Shown: piece after piece, positions 38,661 through 48,320 of the stretch | Position numbering within the stretch: position 1 is the stretch's first letter | How the letters are laid out: each line of letters begins with the position of its first letter | Assembly (NCBI GenBank): GCA_032128875.1 | Contig: JAVLKG010000013.1 | Coordinates: 1-64,000, forward strand | DNA length: 64,000 bases | Reading direction: 5' to 3' | Source of the DNA: Candidatus Melainabacteria bacterium 17Bon1m | GTDB taxonomy: Bacteria; Cyanobacteriota; Vampirovibrionia; Obscuribacterales; Obscuribacteraceae | Program-made: the position numbers and the translations under genes | The notes under the pieces: generated by a model | The model's input: the letters and a program-made list of their open reading frames with translations, nothing else | The model's database searches: none | What the model was told of the DNA's origin: nothing

Positions 38661-40124
38661 ATGCAACCCAATGATGACAAGGACGCTCAATGGCGCCCTA
38701 AGATAGCCGCGGAAAAACGCTGGCCTGTATTCGGTTCGCTGATGTTGGTGATGCTTTTGGCAGCGATGGATCAAACCATCGTTTCCACTGCAATGCCGCG
38801 CATCATCGGCGAATTGCAGGGACTCGACCACTACTCCTGGGTGGCGACGTCGTACCTGCTTCTCTCGACTGTGACTTTGCCCCTCTACGCCAAACTCTCC
38901 GACGTCTTCGGGCGAAAGAGAATTTTGCTGTTCGGCGTGATTGTGTTCTTAATTGGCTCCGTTCTCTGCGGCTTCGCCCAGACGATGATGCAGCTGATTC
39001 TCGCGCGTGGCTTCCAGGGTATCGGAGCTGGAGCGCTTATGCCGATCGTTATGGCGACGATGGGTGATATGTTCAGCCCTCGCGAACGCGGGCGGTATCA
39101 AGGATTCGCAGGCGCAGTCTTTGCATTTTCGTCAGTCGCCGGTCCTTTCCTGGGCGGTTTTATCACCGACCACACGAGCTGGCGATGGGTGTTTCTCGTC
39201 AATTTACCGCTCGGCTTCATCGCCATGTTCGCGCTGATGCGCCTCATGCCTTCGTACGCAAGTGCGAAGTGGAAAGACGTCAGAATCGACTTTGTCGGCG
39301 CGGGCTTCCTCGTTGTGGGATTGACTTCGCTGTTGCTTGGTTTTACGTGGGCCGGCGTTTCGCTGCCCTGGACGTCACCAGTGATCATCGGCTTGTTCGC
39401 GGCGTTTGCCGTGAGCTTGGTCGGCTTTGTCGTAACCGAGCTGAAGGTCGCTGACCCGATTCTCGAGCTGCGTTTGTTTCGCAACGAAATCGTCTTCGTG
39501 TCCATGCTCGTGACGCTGTTGACGAACGCTGCGATGATGTCCGGCATCTTCTTTCTGCCGCTATTCATGCAGGAAGTGCTGGGACAGTCTGCTTCGGACA
39601 GCGGCACTGTGATGACGCCGATGATGATTGCGCTCGTGATTGCGAGTACGATTTCGGGGCAGTTCATCACGCGAACCGGACGCTACAAGCGCAATGCGAT
39701 GCTTGGTTCTGTCATCCTCGTTGCAGGCACCGTGCAGCTTTTGTTCCTTGGCGTCGACTCGACGACCTGGAATATCACGCTCGCGATGATCACAATGGGT
39801 CTCGGAATTGGCGTCGGCTCCAGTCTCTACACCACGGTTGTTCAGAATGCGGTGAAACAAACGCAGATGGGACAGGCGACTGGTGCCGTGACGCTGTTCC
39901 GTCAGATTGGCGGTACGGTCGGTTTGGCGCTGTTCGGCTCGATGGTGAGCACGGCAACCATCGGTGGCGGTGCGGCTAAGCTCGCATTTGCTGCTGCGCT
40001 GCATCATGTGTTCATCGGTGTTGTCGCGGTGGCGGGTCTTGCGATGGTGGTTTCGTGGTTCCTCAAGGAAATCCCGTTGCAGAGCCGTTCTGACGACGAC
40101 CCGCCGCCTCCGCCCGTGCACTAA
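38661..40124 (+). CDS. MFS drug:H+ antiporter, DHA2 (EmrB/QacA) family
   Basis: DQTIVSTAMP, KLSDVFGRK, RGFQGIG, WRWVFLVNLP; about 14 TM. Confidence 0.92.
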   Translation: MQPNDDKDAQWRPKIAAEKRWPVFGSLMLVMLLAAMDQTIVSTAMPRIIGELQGLDHYSWVATSYLLLSTVTLPLYAKLSDVFGRKRILLFGVIVFLIGSVLCGFAQTMMQLILARGFQGIGAGALMPIVMATMGDMFSPRERGRYQGFAGAVFAFSSVAGPFLGGFITDHTSWRWVFLVNLPLGFIAMFALMRLMPSYASAKWKDVRIDFVGAGFLVVGLTSLLLGFTWAGVSLPWTSPVIIGLFAAFAVSLVGFVVTELKVADPILELRLFRNEIVFVSMLVTLLTNAAMMSGIFFLPLFMQEVLGQSASDSGTVMTPMMIALVIASTISGQFITRTGRYKRNAMLGSVILVAGTVQLLFLGVDSTTWNITLAMITMGLGIGVGSSLYTTVVQNAVKQTQMGQATGAVTLFRQIGGTVGLALFGSMVSTATIGGGAAKLAFAAALHHVFIGVVAVAGLAMVVSWFLKEIPLQSRSDDDPPPPPVH

Positions 40125-40254
40125 TCACCTGTGATTGTGACGGGGTGAGAAACTAACGCGTAGCTGGCAAGTTGAGTGTTCATCGGACATTCGGCTTGCC
40201 GGTCTTCGCGCTTTCTTGCTGCGTTTTTTCTGAATCTTGTTTTGAAACTTTATA

Positions 40255-40271
40255 TACTAAAAAAGATAGTA
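40255..40271. other. 3'-end spaced palindrome, copy I (perfect; shared by convergent units)
   Basis: TACTA-aaaaaga-TAGTA, extendable to TATACTA-N7-TAGTATA. Confidence 0.85.
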
Positions 40272-40413
40272 TAATACTGGGCGAAAAAAGAAAGAGAGCG
40301 AACGCCCCGAGAAAAATCCCAGTGCGTCCGCTTCTTCCATGTTCTTACTTCAAAAGAACAATGCGTGTCGTCGACCCCGGGGGGCGTGGCCAGGCATCAT
40401 TTTAGCGAGGTCA

Positions 40414-41013
40414 TTACCAGTTTTTGAAACCGGAGAATATGCCGGTGAAGAACCCGCGAGGATTCAAGACCGGCTCGGAGTCGACCTTCACGAAAGACGT
40501 GTGCGGCACCGAAGTCACATCCAGCTTCGCAAGATTGCGGTTGCGCGCGGCGTTGGACTTGCATGCAGTCTGCGCGACGACAGCCAACTTCTCCGCCTCG
40601 TTGATGAAGTGCTCAGCGCACTTCTCCAGGTTGATGGCGAGCTGCTGGCGAGACGCCACGGCATCCTTGAGCACGAGAGTCGACTCGTAGGTGCCGAAGG
40701 GGCGCTTGCCGCTGTCACGCGCCTCGGTCTTGAGGCTGTGGGTCAGCATCAGGTCGGCGTAAGCCGACAGATCCAGACCATCCGGCAGCGTGACGGCTAT
40801 CCGCTCGGGAGCCGGGCTGTTTTCGTCCGCCATCTGACTTGCCGCAAGGGCAAGCTCTTTGGCGAGCAAGGTAGCGTTGCCGCTAACGATGAGAAGGCCC
40901 ATCGACTTCAAGCCGACGACTTCCAGGCAGGCTGACGTTTCCATCAGCACTTGAGCAAGGTCGCTTACGCGCTTCAGCACGATAGCGCCGCGACCGGGTT
41001 CAGTTATATTCAT
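40414..41013 (-). CDS. hypothetical protein
   Basis: GGGAG RBS; co-oriented with the ClpP-like gene. Confidence 0.72.
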   Translation of the reverse strand: MNITEPGRGAIVLKRVSDLAQVLMETSACLEVVGLKSMGLLIVSGNATLLAKELALAASQMADENSPAPERIAVTLPDGLDLSAYADLMLTHSLKTEARDSGKRPFGTYESTLVLKDAVASRQQLAINLEKCAEHFINEAEKLAVVAQTACKSNAARNRNLAKLDVTSVPHTSFVKVDSEPVLNPRGFFTGIFSGFKNW

Positions 41014-41104
41014 GGTTTACTCCCACTGAACAGGGTTGGGAGCAAGAGATGGAATGGGTGTTCCGAAAAACACCCACTCCAGTTTGAGAATTGCCGAGAC
41101 GCTC

Positions 41105-41896
41105 TTACTCTTGGCCGTCTTCGGTTTCGGACGATTGTCCACGCTTCTTCTGCGGATACGCGAAGCGAACATAGTCCGCATCGGTCGGATCCGTGCCGAG
41201 AATTCTGTCTGCGAGTCCAGCCGCGACAGTCTCTTCGGCATCAAGCCAGTAGTCGGTCTTCTTCCAGCGAGCCTTGATCTGGCGCACCGTCAGCTTCGAC
41301 TTGCTGGAGAGAATCTTCAGCAGCTTTTCCTGCAGGCGCGCAGTGAACTCGATGGAGTCTTCCATCTCGCTCACCTTGCCAGACGTGCCCGCCGAAACTT
41401 CGTGCAGAAGCACGAAAGCGTTGGGGCCAATCAAGCGGCGATCGCCGGCTTGCAGGAGAATCGAGCCCATGGACGCAGCGCGACCGAGAGCGACGACGGT
41501 CAGATAATGACCCGACAGCTTGAGGATGGTCAGGTAGTCGAACAGTGCCAGACCTTCTTTCACAAGTCCGCCGGGCGTGTTCAGAATCAGGGTGATGTTG
41601 GCCTTGGGAGCCAGGCGCGACCAGCGGGCGAGCGTGTTGATGCAGTTGCTGACGCTCTTTTCGCTGACGCTTTCGAAGAAGTTGTAGACAAAAGCACCGT
41701 CGGCAAAAGCCTGGTCGGCGCGACTGTACAGATTGTCGAGATCTATTTCGCCTTTGGCGACGTCGATCTCGAGTTTGCGCAGCTCAAGGGACTTGCGATA
41801 CTCCTCAGGCGTTGGCGTCTTCTTGCCATCACCATTGGTGTCAGGAGCAGCAGCTTTCAAGCTCTCGTCTTGAGCGGGAGTTTGATTGTTTTCCAT
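41105..41896 (-). CDS. ClpP-like serine protease (S14)
   Basis: NTPGG, GRAASMG (Ser), LLHE (His), DYWLDAEE (Asp); AAGGAG RBS. Confidence 0.88.
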   Translation of the reverse strand: MENNQTPAQDESLKAAAPDTNGDGKKTPTPEEYRKSLELRKLEIDVAKGEIDLDNLYSRADQAFADGAFVYNFFESVSEKSVSNCINTLARWSRLAPKANITLILNTPGGLVKEGLALFDYLTILKLSGHYLTVVALGRAASMGSILLQAGDRRLIGPNAFVLLHEVSAGTSGKVSEMEDSIEFTARLQEKLLKILSSKSKLTVRQIKARWKKTDYWLDAEETVAAGLADRILGTDPTDADYVRFAYPQKKRGQSSETEDGQE

Positions 41897-42022
41897 AACT
41901 AGTCTCCTTCACAACCTCGAGCAAATGGGCTCCGGTTGCGAAACATGTGAGATTGGAGAAGGGGATTTAGCGCGAAGTCAAAGAGCAGGAATACAAAAAG
42001 AGAAACAGTAAGAAACTCTATG

Positions 42023-42052
42023 AAGCTATCAATGGTGCTCTTTTTGTTTCAA
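42023..42052 (-). promoter_or_regulatory. putative promoter
   Basis: minus strand TTGAAA-N18-TAGCTT. Confidence 0.5.
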
Positions 42053-42270
42053 CGACCATGGTTTTGAGAACAGGCCGGCACACGTGTGAAACTGCCAGCA
42101 AATCAGCATCTTCAGTGATCGCTGCTTGGATACTCCCAGTTAGTACAGTTTGCAAAGCTTAGCGAGCTGTACTCGCTTGGCTCATTTGCTCGTTCTTGAC
42201 TATCGTTTGTTGCAGGCTGGCAGCGGTGGTGAAGCGCTTGGCTACTAGTGTCTGTTGTTGAACGTGTTTG

Positions 42271-42287
42271 TACTATGCAATGTCGTT
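42271..42287. other. 3'-end spaced palindrome, copy J
   Basis: minus strand AACGA-cattgca-TAGTA after a T-tract. Confidence 0.7.
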
Positions 42288-42453
42288 TGGTTTGCGAAAA
42301 AACGAAATCGCGAGAGAAGCAGGCGACCGGTGAGAAATGAATCTCACCGGTCTACAGGCTTAGCCTAGCGAAACGCTTTCTGTCAGCGGATGTGGACGAT
42401 GCATCGCATCGCTCCTACCGACGCTCAACGGAAAGCTGCTTGCTATTGCCCGT

Positions 42454-42666
42454 TTAGCTCTTCGACTTGGACTTCTTCTCCGCAGGCTTCTTGCCCGAGG
42501 TCTTCTTGTCCTTGTCGTGGAGCGCCTTGATCAGTTCCGCATCCTTGTTGCGGAAGTACATCTCTTCGCGAGCGTGCGAGAGAGCTGCGATGCCGTTCGA
42601 ACCACTGCTCGCGTCGCGGGCAGCCTCGTGCTCGGCCTTCATGGTGTCGATGGTCTTGTTAGTCAT
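42454..42666 (-). CDS. 70-aa helical protein with EExYFR motif
   Basis: AGGAGG RBS; AREEMYFRNKDAELIKAL; Lys-rich tail. Confidence 0.75.
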   Translation of the reverse strand: MTNKTIDTMKAEHEAARDASSGSNGIAALSHAREEMYFRNKDAELIKALHDKDKKTSGKKPAEKKSKSKS

Positions 42667-42828
42667 GGTGAACCTCCTGTGTGGAGCGCATCCATGCGTC
42701 CACGGTTTGGGTTGCATTAGCAAGGCGTATTGCACGCGCCCTGCTTCATTCCGTTGCATGGAGTGCACCCGGTTGCCCAGACGCACTCCATGTCGATGGG
42801 GAATTCGCTGGAGAGCTAGCAGGCTAGC

Positions 42829-43827
42829 TTAAAACAGCCAGCCGGCCATGTCGCGGAGTGCTTCCCACGGAGTAGTACGGCTTTCACCGACTTCCATGAA
42901 GAAGGTCACCACGACGGCGCCCGCAACCACTGCCGCGTGCGGCATGAAGCGGACGTAGAACGGCTGAGCACGCCAATTGCGGCGACGCTCTTCGCGTGCC
43001 TCGCGCTCGCGCATCTTCACAGAGTGGCGGAACGAAGCTTCCGGATCGGGGTCCGGAGCGCATTCGTCCAGCACCTGCTGAGTGCGTGCGGAGTTGAGAG
43101 CACTGCGGATGCGCAGCTTCTCGATGTAGACGTCAACGTCACGGTTGATGCTCTCGAGCATCGGCTTCATGTTGGCGTCGAAGTCGGCGAGGGTCTTCTC
43201 GATGACAGGCTTCATTTCGGCAGTGAAGGTGGCACGCGCTTCGGCGCCGGCTTCGGCGATTTTGCGCATGGCTTCCTGGAGAGTCGCGTTGTTATCGAGA
43301 GCCTGCTCGACGTTGAAGCGAACGATCATGTGGCTGACATTCTCGCCGTTCAAAGTATGCCGCTGGAACGAATCCAGGCAGCGCGTCAGAGAGCCGACAT
43401 CAAGCTTCGTGAGCAGAAGCATGGTCGCCGAGCTGGTTTCCACTTCGTGCAGGACGATGTTGGTGAAACGCCAGGCGAGCAGAGTGCCCACCTGATTGGC
43501 GTAGTGGTCGTCAGCGAGCTGTTCGCGTTCGATGCGGAGCTTGTGGTAAGTCCACTTGCCGGGGCGCGGCGCCTTGAGCTTTCTCACCAGAAAGCGGCGG
43601 TACTTCGGGTCTTCCAGCCTGTCCTGATCGACTTCGATCGGCTTCGCATTATGCTTCGAGGGCTCACGGAATTCCGTCAGTCCAAACACATCCAGCGAGT
43701 TCAGGCGGGCTTTCCAGCTCTCATCCGACATCGCAGCATTGCGCAGCACAGAAACGAACAGTCCGCGCCAGTGGCTCATCAGAACCTCGGCGTGACCCAT
43801 GGTGGGCAGGTTGGTAGTGTTGGTCAT
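42829..43827 (-). CDS. hypothetical helical protein with C-terminal TM
   Basis: GGGAG RBS; coiled segments; hydrophobic C-terminus. Confidence 0.78.
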   Translation of the reverse strand: MTNTTNLPTMGHAEVLMSHWRGLFVSVLRNAAMSDESWKARLNSLDVFGLTEFREPSKHNAKPIEVDQDRLEDPKYRRFLVRKLKAPRPGKWTYHKLRIEREQLADDHYANQVGTLLAWRFTNIVLHEVETSSATMLLLTKLDVGSLTRCLDSFQRHTLNGENVSHMIVRFNVEQALDNNATLQEAMRKIAEAGAEARATFTAEMKPVIEKTLADFDANMKPMLESINRDVDVYIEKLRIRSALNSARTQQVLDECAPDPDPEASFRHSVKMREREAREERRRNWRAQPFYVRFMPHAAVVAGAVVVTFFMEVGESRTTPWEALRDMAGWLF

Positions 43828-44604
43828 TGGTAGTCTCCCTTTAAAGGCTAAGGGGGAAAAGGTGTCTTCACAGACGCGCTGATGACGGCATTCCGAAGGT
43901 TTCGGAAGCTTTTGAGAGCGTGTTGCAAAGGGTGGGCTCCTGTCCGGGGAGTTGATCCCTTGTAGATATGCTGGTTTTGGCTGTTGGTGTTGCCGTTAGT
44001 AAGGATGGACTCCGCTCTGTTTTTCTTTTTTTTCTTTGGACAAGAATGAGTCCCAGAGTAGTCTTGGGCCACCCTAAAACAAAGAGATTCAGATCGTGTT
44101 TAATCTGTGCCTGTCAAGCGTTGAGCGCTGAAAGCCGCATGAATAGGGCGTCTGTCATGAGCCTGTCATGTTTATTTCACGAGCCTGACTAGCGCGATTA
44201 GCGCAGAAACAGTGAATCTTTCAATAGTTTTTCGTGAGGTTTTCATTTAGCTGTCGTTCAAAAACTAGCTTAAATAGCTAGTTTTCACCAACCTGTCGCG
44301 TATATGCAAAATGGCGTGGTTTATATAGATGCACTTGCCAAGCCATTCTTTCAATACAATTTCAAAATCATTTCGCTTTCCTGTCGAAATTCTCGTGACA
44401 AGCATGGCAAATGTTTCGACAAGCTTTCCGCTTGGAAACTGCGTTTGGCGTGGTCGGGGAGTCGCAAGTGTGCGCTAGCGGCGCTAACGTTGGACAAATC
44501 TAGAGTGGTAGTCAAGCGCCTGTGATCACTGCTTATATCTCAAGAGCCTTGTATATGCTTATGTCGCGCGATCTGTTGAACACCATAAATAGCACCTCAT
44601 CTAC

Positions 44605-44634
44605 TTGAGAAGTCATCTGGTGAGGTCATAGAGT
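44605..44634 (+). promoter_or_regulatory. putative promoter
   Basis: TTGAGA-N18-TAGAGT. Confidence 0.55.
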
Positions 44635-44845
44635 CTGGTGTTACTTCTGCCGTCTCCCTATTTTTTCTGTACTCCGCACTTCTCGAAAGCACCACCCACT
44701 CTGTCCTCCTTTGACCTTTCGTCTTCCTCTTGGAAGAAGAGACTTCACGGGCATGACTTTGTGCTGGAACACTGCGAGCAGTTCGGGTGCAAGACGCGCA
44801 AAAGTAAGTTCAGCTCAACAGTCCCAACAAATTGGAGAAATTACC

Positions 44846-45082
44846 ATGAGCACCGCAAACACCCACAAGGCGAAGCGCGATTCCCGTCTCGACGAGGTTC
44901 TGGGTCTGGCCACCGGCCACGCCAAGAACGAGCTGGGCGATTCCGAGAACAAGAGCGTCACCGCTGCGGCGACCCTGTCCGTCAGTTCCACCGAGAACGA
45001 CGTCAAGGAAGACTGCGGCGTCAACGCGTCCGTCACCCTCGGCGCCACGCACAGCAAGACCGACCTCAAGGCGAAGAAGTAA
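44846..45082 (+). CDS. 78-aa hypothetical protein
   Basis: GGAG RBS; strong bias toward C/G-ending codons. Confidence 0.75.
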   Translation: MSTANTHKAKRDSRLDEVLGLATGHAKNELGDSENKSVTAAATLSVSSTENDVKEDCGVNASVTLGATHSKTDLKAKK

Positions 45083-45424
45083 GCGTCGCCGTCGGCTAGT
45101 CAGCCGATAGTTTGTGAACTTCATCTGAAGCCGAAGGCTTTAGGCAACAGATGATTTGTACTCGGCACTGGCGCAAACTGATGATTCGTCGTCGGTTTCG
45201 CACAGTGCCGAGATTTTGGTGAGCCGGAACTCCGCCTTCGAGTTTCGGCTTACCTTTTCTTTTCTAGATTGGCTCTTTTGAACTCTTTCGAACCGTTTCG
45301 AAGCTTTTTCGAGCCTATCTAGCCCCTGTTCGAGCTTTTTGCTCCGTTTTCGAATTGCGCATATCGCTCGATTCTCCGACGTTATGCGCCCTTCAAAGAT
45401 GCAGCAAAAATTTTGAACTATGCT

Positions 45425-45441
45425 AACTATGGTCGGTAGTA
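45425..45441. other. spaced palindrome, copy K
   Basis: AACTA-tggtcgg-TAGTA, 343 bp after the small gene and 60 bp before the next gene. Confidence 0.65.
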
Positions 45442-45500
45442 AATCTTGACTACCGTGTCGTGCAAGACCAGCACGGCAATAGACTAGAGGAAACGCAAAA

Positions 45501-47627
45501 ATGAGCGCCAACAATTCCACGACCGCTCAGAGCCCCCCGAAGGATTCTGAGTGGTTGGATGATATGCCGCAGCCCTACCTGGCTGTGAATCCGAATCATC
45601 CAAGATTGGCGATCAAGCACCGGAAGCTTTTCTTGCTCGTCGACACCGAAGGAATGGTGCCGGGCAAGAACGAGCAGGGATTTGGCTTGTTTGCCGATGA
45701 TACGCGCTGGTTGAGCAAGTGGGACATGTCGCTGGGCGGCTTGTCTCTGCTGCCGCTTAATCGCAACGTCGACGAGGGCTTTGCTGCCCACTTCGTCTAC
45801 GCCAATCGCGCCTTCCCCGGCGCAGTCGAGCAGAGCATCAAGGTCGACCGCGAGTTGGTCTTGAACGATGCTTTGATCGAACGAGTAACTGTCACCAACT
45901 ACAGCCAGAAGACAGTCGAAACGGAGCTGGCGGTTGTCGTCGGCTGCGATTTCGCGGATATGTTCGAGGTGCGCGGGGCCAACAGACCCAAGCGCGGAAC
46001 CCTGCGCCGTCCAGTTCTTCGTGGCAATCGACTGACGCTGGGCTATGTAGGACTCGACAATGTGCTGCGCGAGACGTCGATTCTTGTCCGCACAAGCACG
46101 CAGAATACGACCGTCGGCTTCGATGATCGCATGCTGCGCGTGCCTCTCACGCTGAAGCCTGGCGAGCCGGCGTCTGTCGAGTTCGTCGTGCGCGCTCGTG
46201 TGAATGGCAAGTTCGACATCGCGCGTACACCGCGTTCGTTCGAGCGCGAAATTGCTTCTGCTCGCAAAGCTTATAGCAACTTCGTCGCCACGACCGGTTC
46301 GGTCTCGACGGACAACCCGCAGTTCAACGCTATCTTCGCGCGTGCGCTTCGCGATATCTACATACTACGGCAGGAAAGCCCGCGCGGCAACGCTATTGCT
46401 GCAGGCGTTCCGTGGTTCGCCGTGCCGTTTGGACGCGACTCTGCCATTACTGCGCTGCAGACGGTGCCATTCATGCCGGAAGTCTCACGCGATGTGCTGC
46501 GTGTGCTTGCTGCCTATCAGGGCGAGAAGCACGACAAAGTTACAGCGGAGGAAGCCGGCAAGATCATGCACGAGCTGCGCACCGGCGAGATGGCACTTCT
46601 CAAGGAAGTGGCATTCCGTCCCTATTTTGGAACCGTCGACGCCACTCAGCTCTGGCTGATGTTGCTCGCCGAGTACGTACGCTGGACCGGTGATCTCGCG
46701 CTCGCGAAGGAGCTTTGGCCCAATGTCGAACGCGCTCTGGCTTTTCTTGAGGCTGCCACTGCAGGCGGTTACATCCGTTATGGTGGTGTGGCGGGCGAGG
46801 CTCTGAGCAACCAGGGTTGGAAGGACTCCGGCAACTCCATTGTCTTCAAGGATGGAACCCTCGGCAAAGCTCCGATCGCTGTCTGCGAAGCGCAAGGCTA
46901 CTTGTACTCCGCATGGAAAGGCATCGCTACCGTCGCGCGCCAGCTCGGCAAGTGGTCGCTTTGCTTCAAGCTTGGACAGCGCGCCGACAAGCTGCGCGAC
47001 GCGTTCCAGAAGGATTTCTGGATGCCGGAGCAATCGTTCGTTGCCATCGCTCTCGACGGTGAAAACCGCCAGTGCGATGCTGTTTCGTCCAATCCTGGTC
47101 ACTTGCTCGGCACTGGCATTCTCACGCCGGAGCAAGAAGCAGCGGTTGCGGATCGGCTGATGGCGCCTGATATGTTCTGTGGTTGGGGCATTCGCACTCT
47201 CTCGAGCAGCGAGCGCGCCTATCAACCGATGGACTACCAGGTGGGCGCAGTCTGGCCGCACGACAATGGCTTTGCCATCGAAGGACTGGCGAAACTCGGT
47301 AGGCATGCTGATGCGCACCGTGTCTTCGAAGGACTGATCGCGTCCGCTTCAGCGCAGAGTGATTTGCGATTGCCCGAACTCTTCGCTGGTTTCGACCGCG
47401 CCGGACACAAAGAGCCTGTTCGCTACCCGGTTGCTTGCGTCCCGCAAGCCTGGGCGGCTGGCAGTGTTTTCCAAATCATCAAAGCTTGTCTGAACATGCA
47501 GCCCAATTCGAAGACCGGCACAATCGACTGTGGCGGCGCTTCAATGCCTGCTTGGCTAGGTCAGGTTGTGGTGAAACGGATTCAGGTCGGCGACAAGAAA
47601 GTCGATTTGCATTTGCCTTTGAACTAA
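45501..47627 (+). CDS. amylo-alpha-1,6-glucosidase / glycogen-debranching-like glycosidase
   Basis: DTRWLS, DFADMFEVRG, AGVPWF..FGRDS, GKIMHE, NQGWKDS, WPHDN, LPELF, PQAWA. Confidence 0.9.
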   Translation: MSANNSTTAQSPPKDSEWLDDMPQPYLAVNPNHPRLAIKHRKLFLLVDTEGMVPGKNEQGFGLFADDTRWLSKWDMSLGGLSLLPLNRNVDEGFAAHFVYANRAFPGAVEQSIKVDRELVLNDALIERVTVTNYSQKTVETELAVVVGCDFADMFEVRGANRPKRGTLRRPVLRGNRLTLGYVGLDNVLRETSILVRTSTQNTTVGFDDRMLRVPLTLKPGEPASVEFVVRARVNGKFDIARTPRSFEREIASARKAYSNFVATTGSVSTDNPQFNAIFARALRDIYILRQESPRGNAIAAGVPWFAVPFGRDSAITALQTVPFMPEVSRDVLRVLAAYQGEKHDKVTAEEAGKIMHELRTGEMALLKEVAFRPYFGTVDATQLWLMLLAEYVRWTGDLALAKELWPNVERALAFLEAATAGGYIRYGGVAGEALSNQGWKDSGNSIVFKDGTLGKAPIAVCEAQGYLYSAWKGIATVARQLGKWSLCFKLGQRADKLRDAFQKDFWMPEQSFVAIALDGENRQCDAVSSNPGHLLGTGILTPEQEAAVADRLMAPDMFCGWGIRTLSSSERAYQPMDYQVGAVWPHDNGFAIEGLAKLGRHADAHRVFEGLIASASAQSDLRLPELFAGFDRAGHKEPVRYPVACVPQAWAAGSVFQIIKACLNMQPNSKTGTIDCGGASMPAWLGQVVVKRIQVGDKKVDLHLPLN

Positions 47628-47739
47628 CGTGGCGGCGCATTTTCGCGCCTGCAGACAACAAGGGTGATGCACGCCATCGCCTTTAGATAAGACCGGTCGA
47701 AGCATGGTGTCGACCTTACAGATAATTGGGAGAACAACA

Positions 47740-48279
47740 ATGTCACAGCATTTGCATCCTTATGTGCACCCAAAGCTGGTGGCGAAGATTCGTGACTTCG
47801 CTGCCGGGCAAATCAATGGGGCTGCGCATGGTTCGCACGACAAGATGTTTACGCAGAAGTGGCAGGACATCAAGGCGCAGGGCGAGCATCTCGCTGCCTT
47901 CGCGTCGGAGCTGACCGGCAAAACGGTGAAGGGACACGAAGATACCCTCGCCGCGCTCTTCACGCCGGAAGCTCTCGCCTACATCGAGCTGAAGTGCCTG
48001 AACACCTACTGGTTCTGGTATTTGATCTCGAAGGTCAACACGCGCAACCTCAAGTTCAACGAGGCTGCCATTGCGCGCGCTCATGCACGCGTCAAGGACA
48101 GCATCAACGACACTCGCTACGGCTTCAACTTCATCGAGCCGTCGCCGTTGGAGCACCAGCTCAAGGGCTTGCCTCCCGGCTTCGTCTTCGAGATGTGGCA
48201 CAAGGGACGTTTGCTCGCCGAATATCGTCCCTCTGGCGACTACAAGACGCTTCTCAACCCGCTTCTGATCGACGATTGA
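47740..48279 (+). CDS. hypothetical protein
   Basis: GGGAG RBS; consistent codon bias. Confidence 0.75.
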   Translation: MSQHLHPYVHPKLVAKIRDFAAGQINGAAHGSHDKMFTQKWQDIKAQGEHLAAFASELTGKTVKGHEDTLAALFTPEALAYIELKCLNTYWFWYLISKVNTRNLKFNEAAIARAHARVKDSINDTRYGFNFIEPSPLEHQLKGLPPGFVFEMWHKGRLLAEYRPSGDYKTLLNPLLIDD

Positions 48280-48320
48280 TTAGAAGTGCCATTCCCCCCT
48301 CATGTTTGTTGGGAGAACAG

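Noticed and set aside
40414-43827. Prophage remnant around the ClpP-like gene
   Set aside because: No terminase, portal, capsid, tail or integrase recognisable.
44846-45082. RiPP precursor
   Set aside because: Ser/Thr-rich, but no modifying enzyme, transporter or leader motif nearby.
47859-48320. 351-aa version of the YqhA ORF
   Set aside because: The extension overlaps gene 47740-48279 in another frame; RBS plus ATG at 48321 fits the family.
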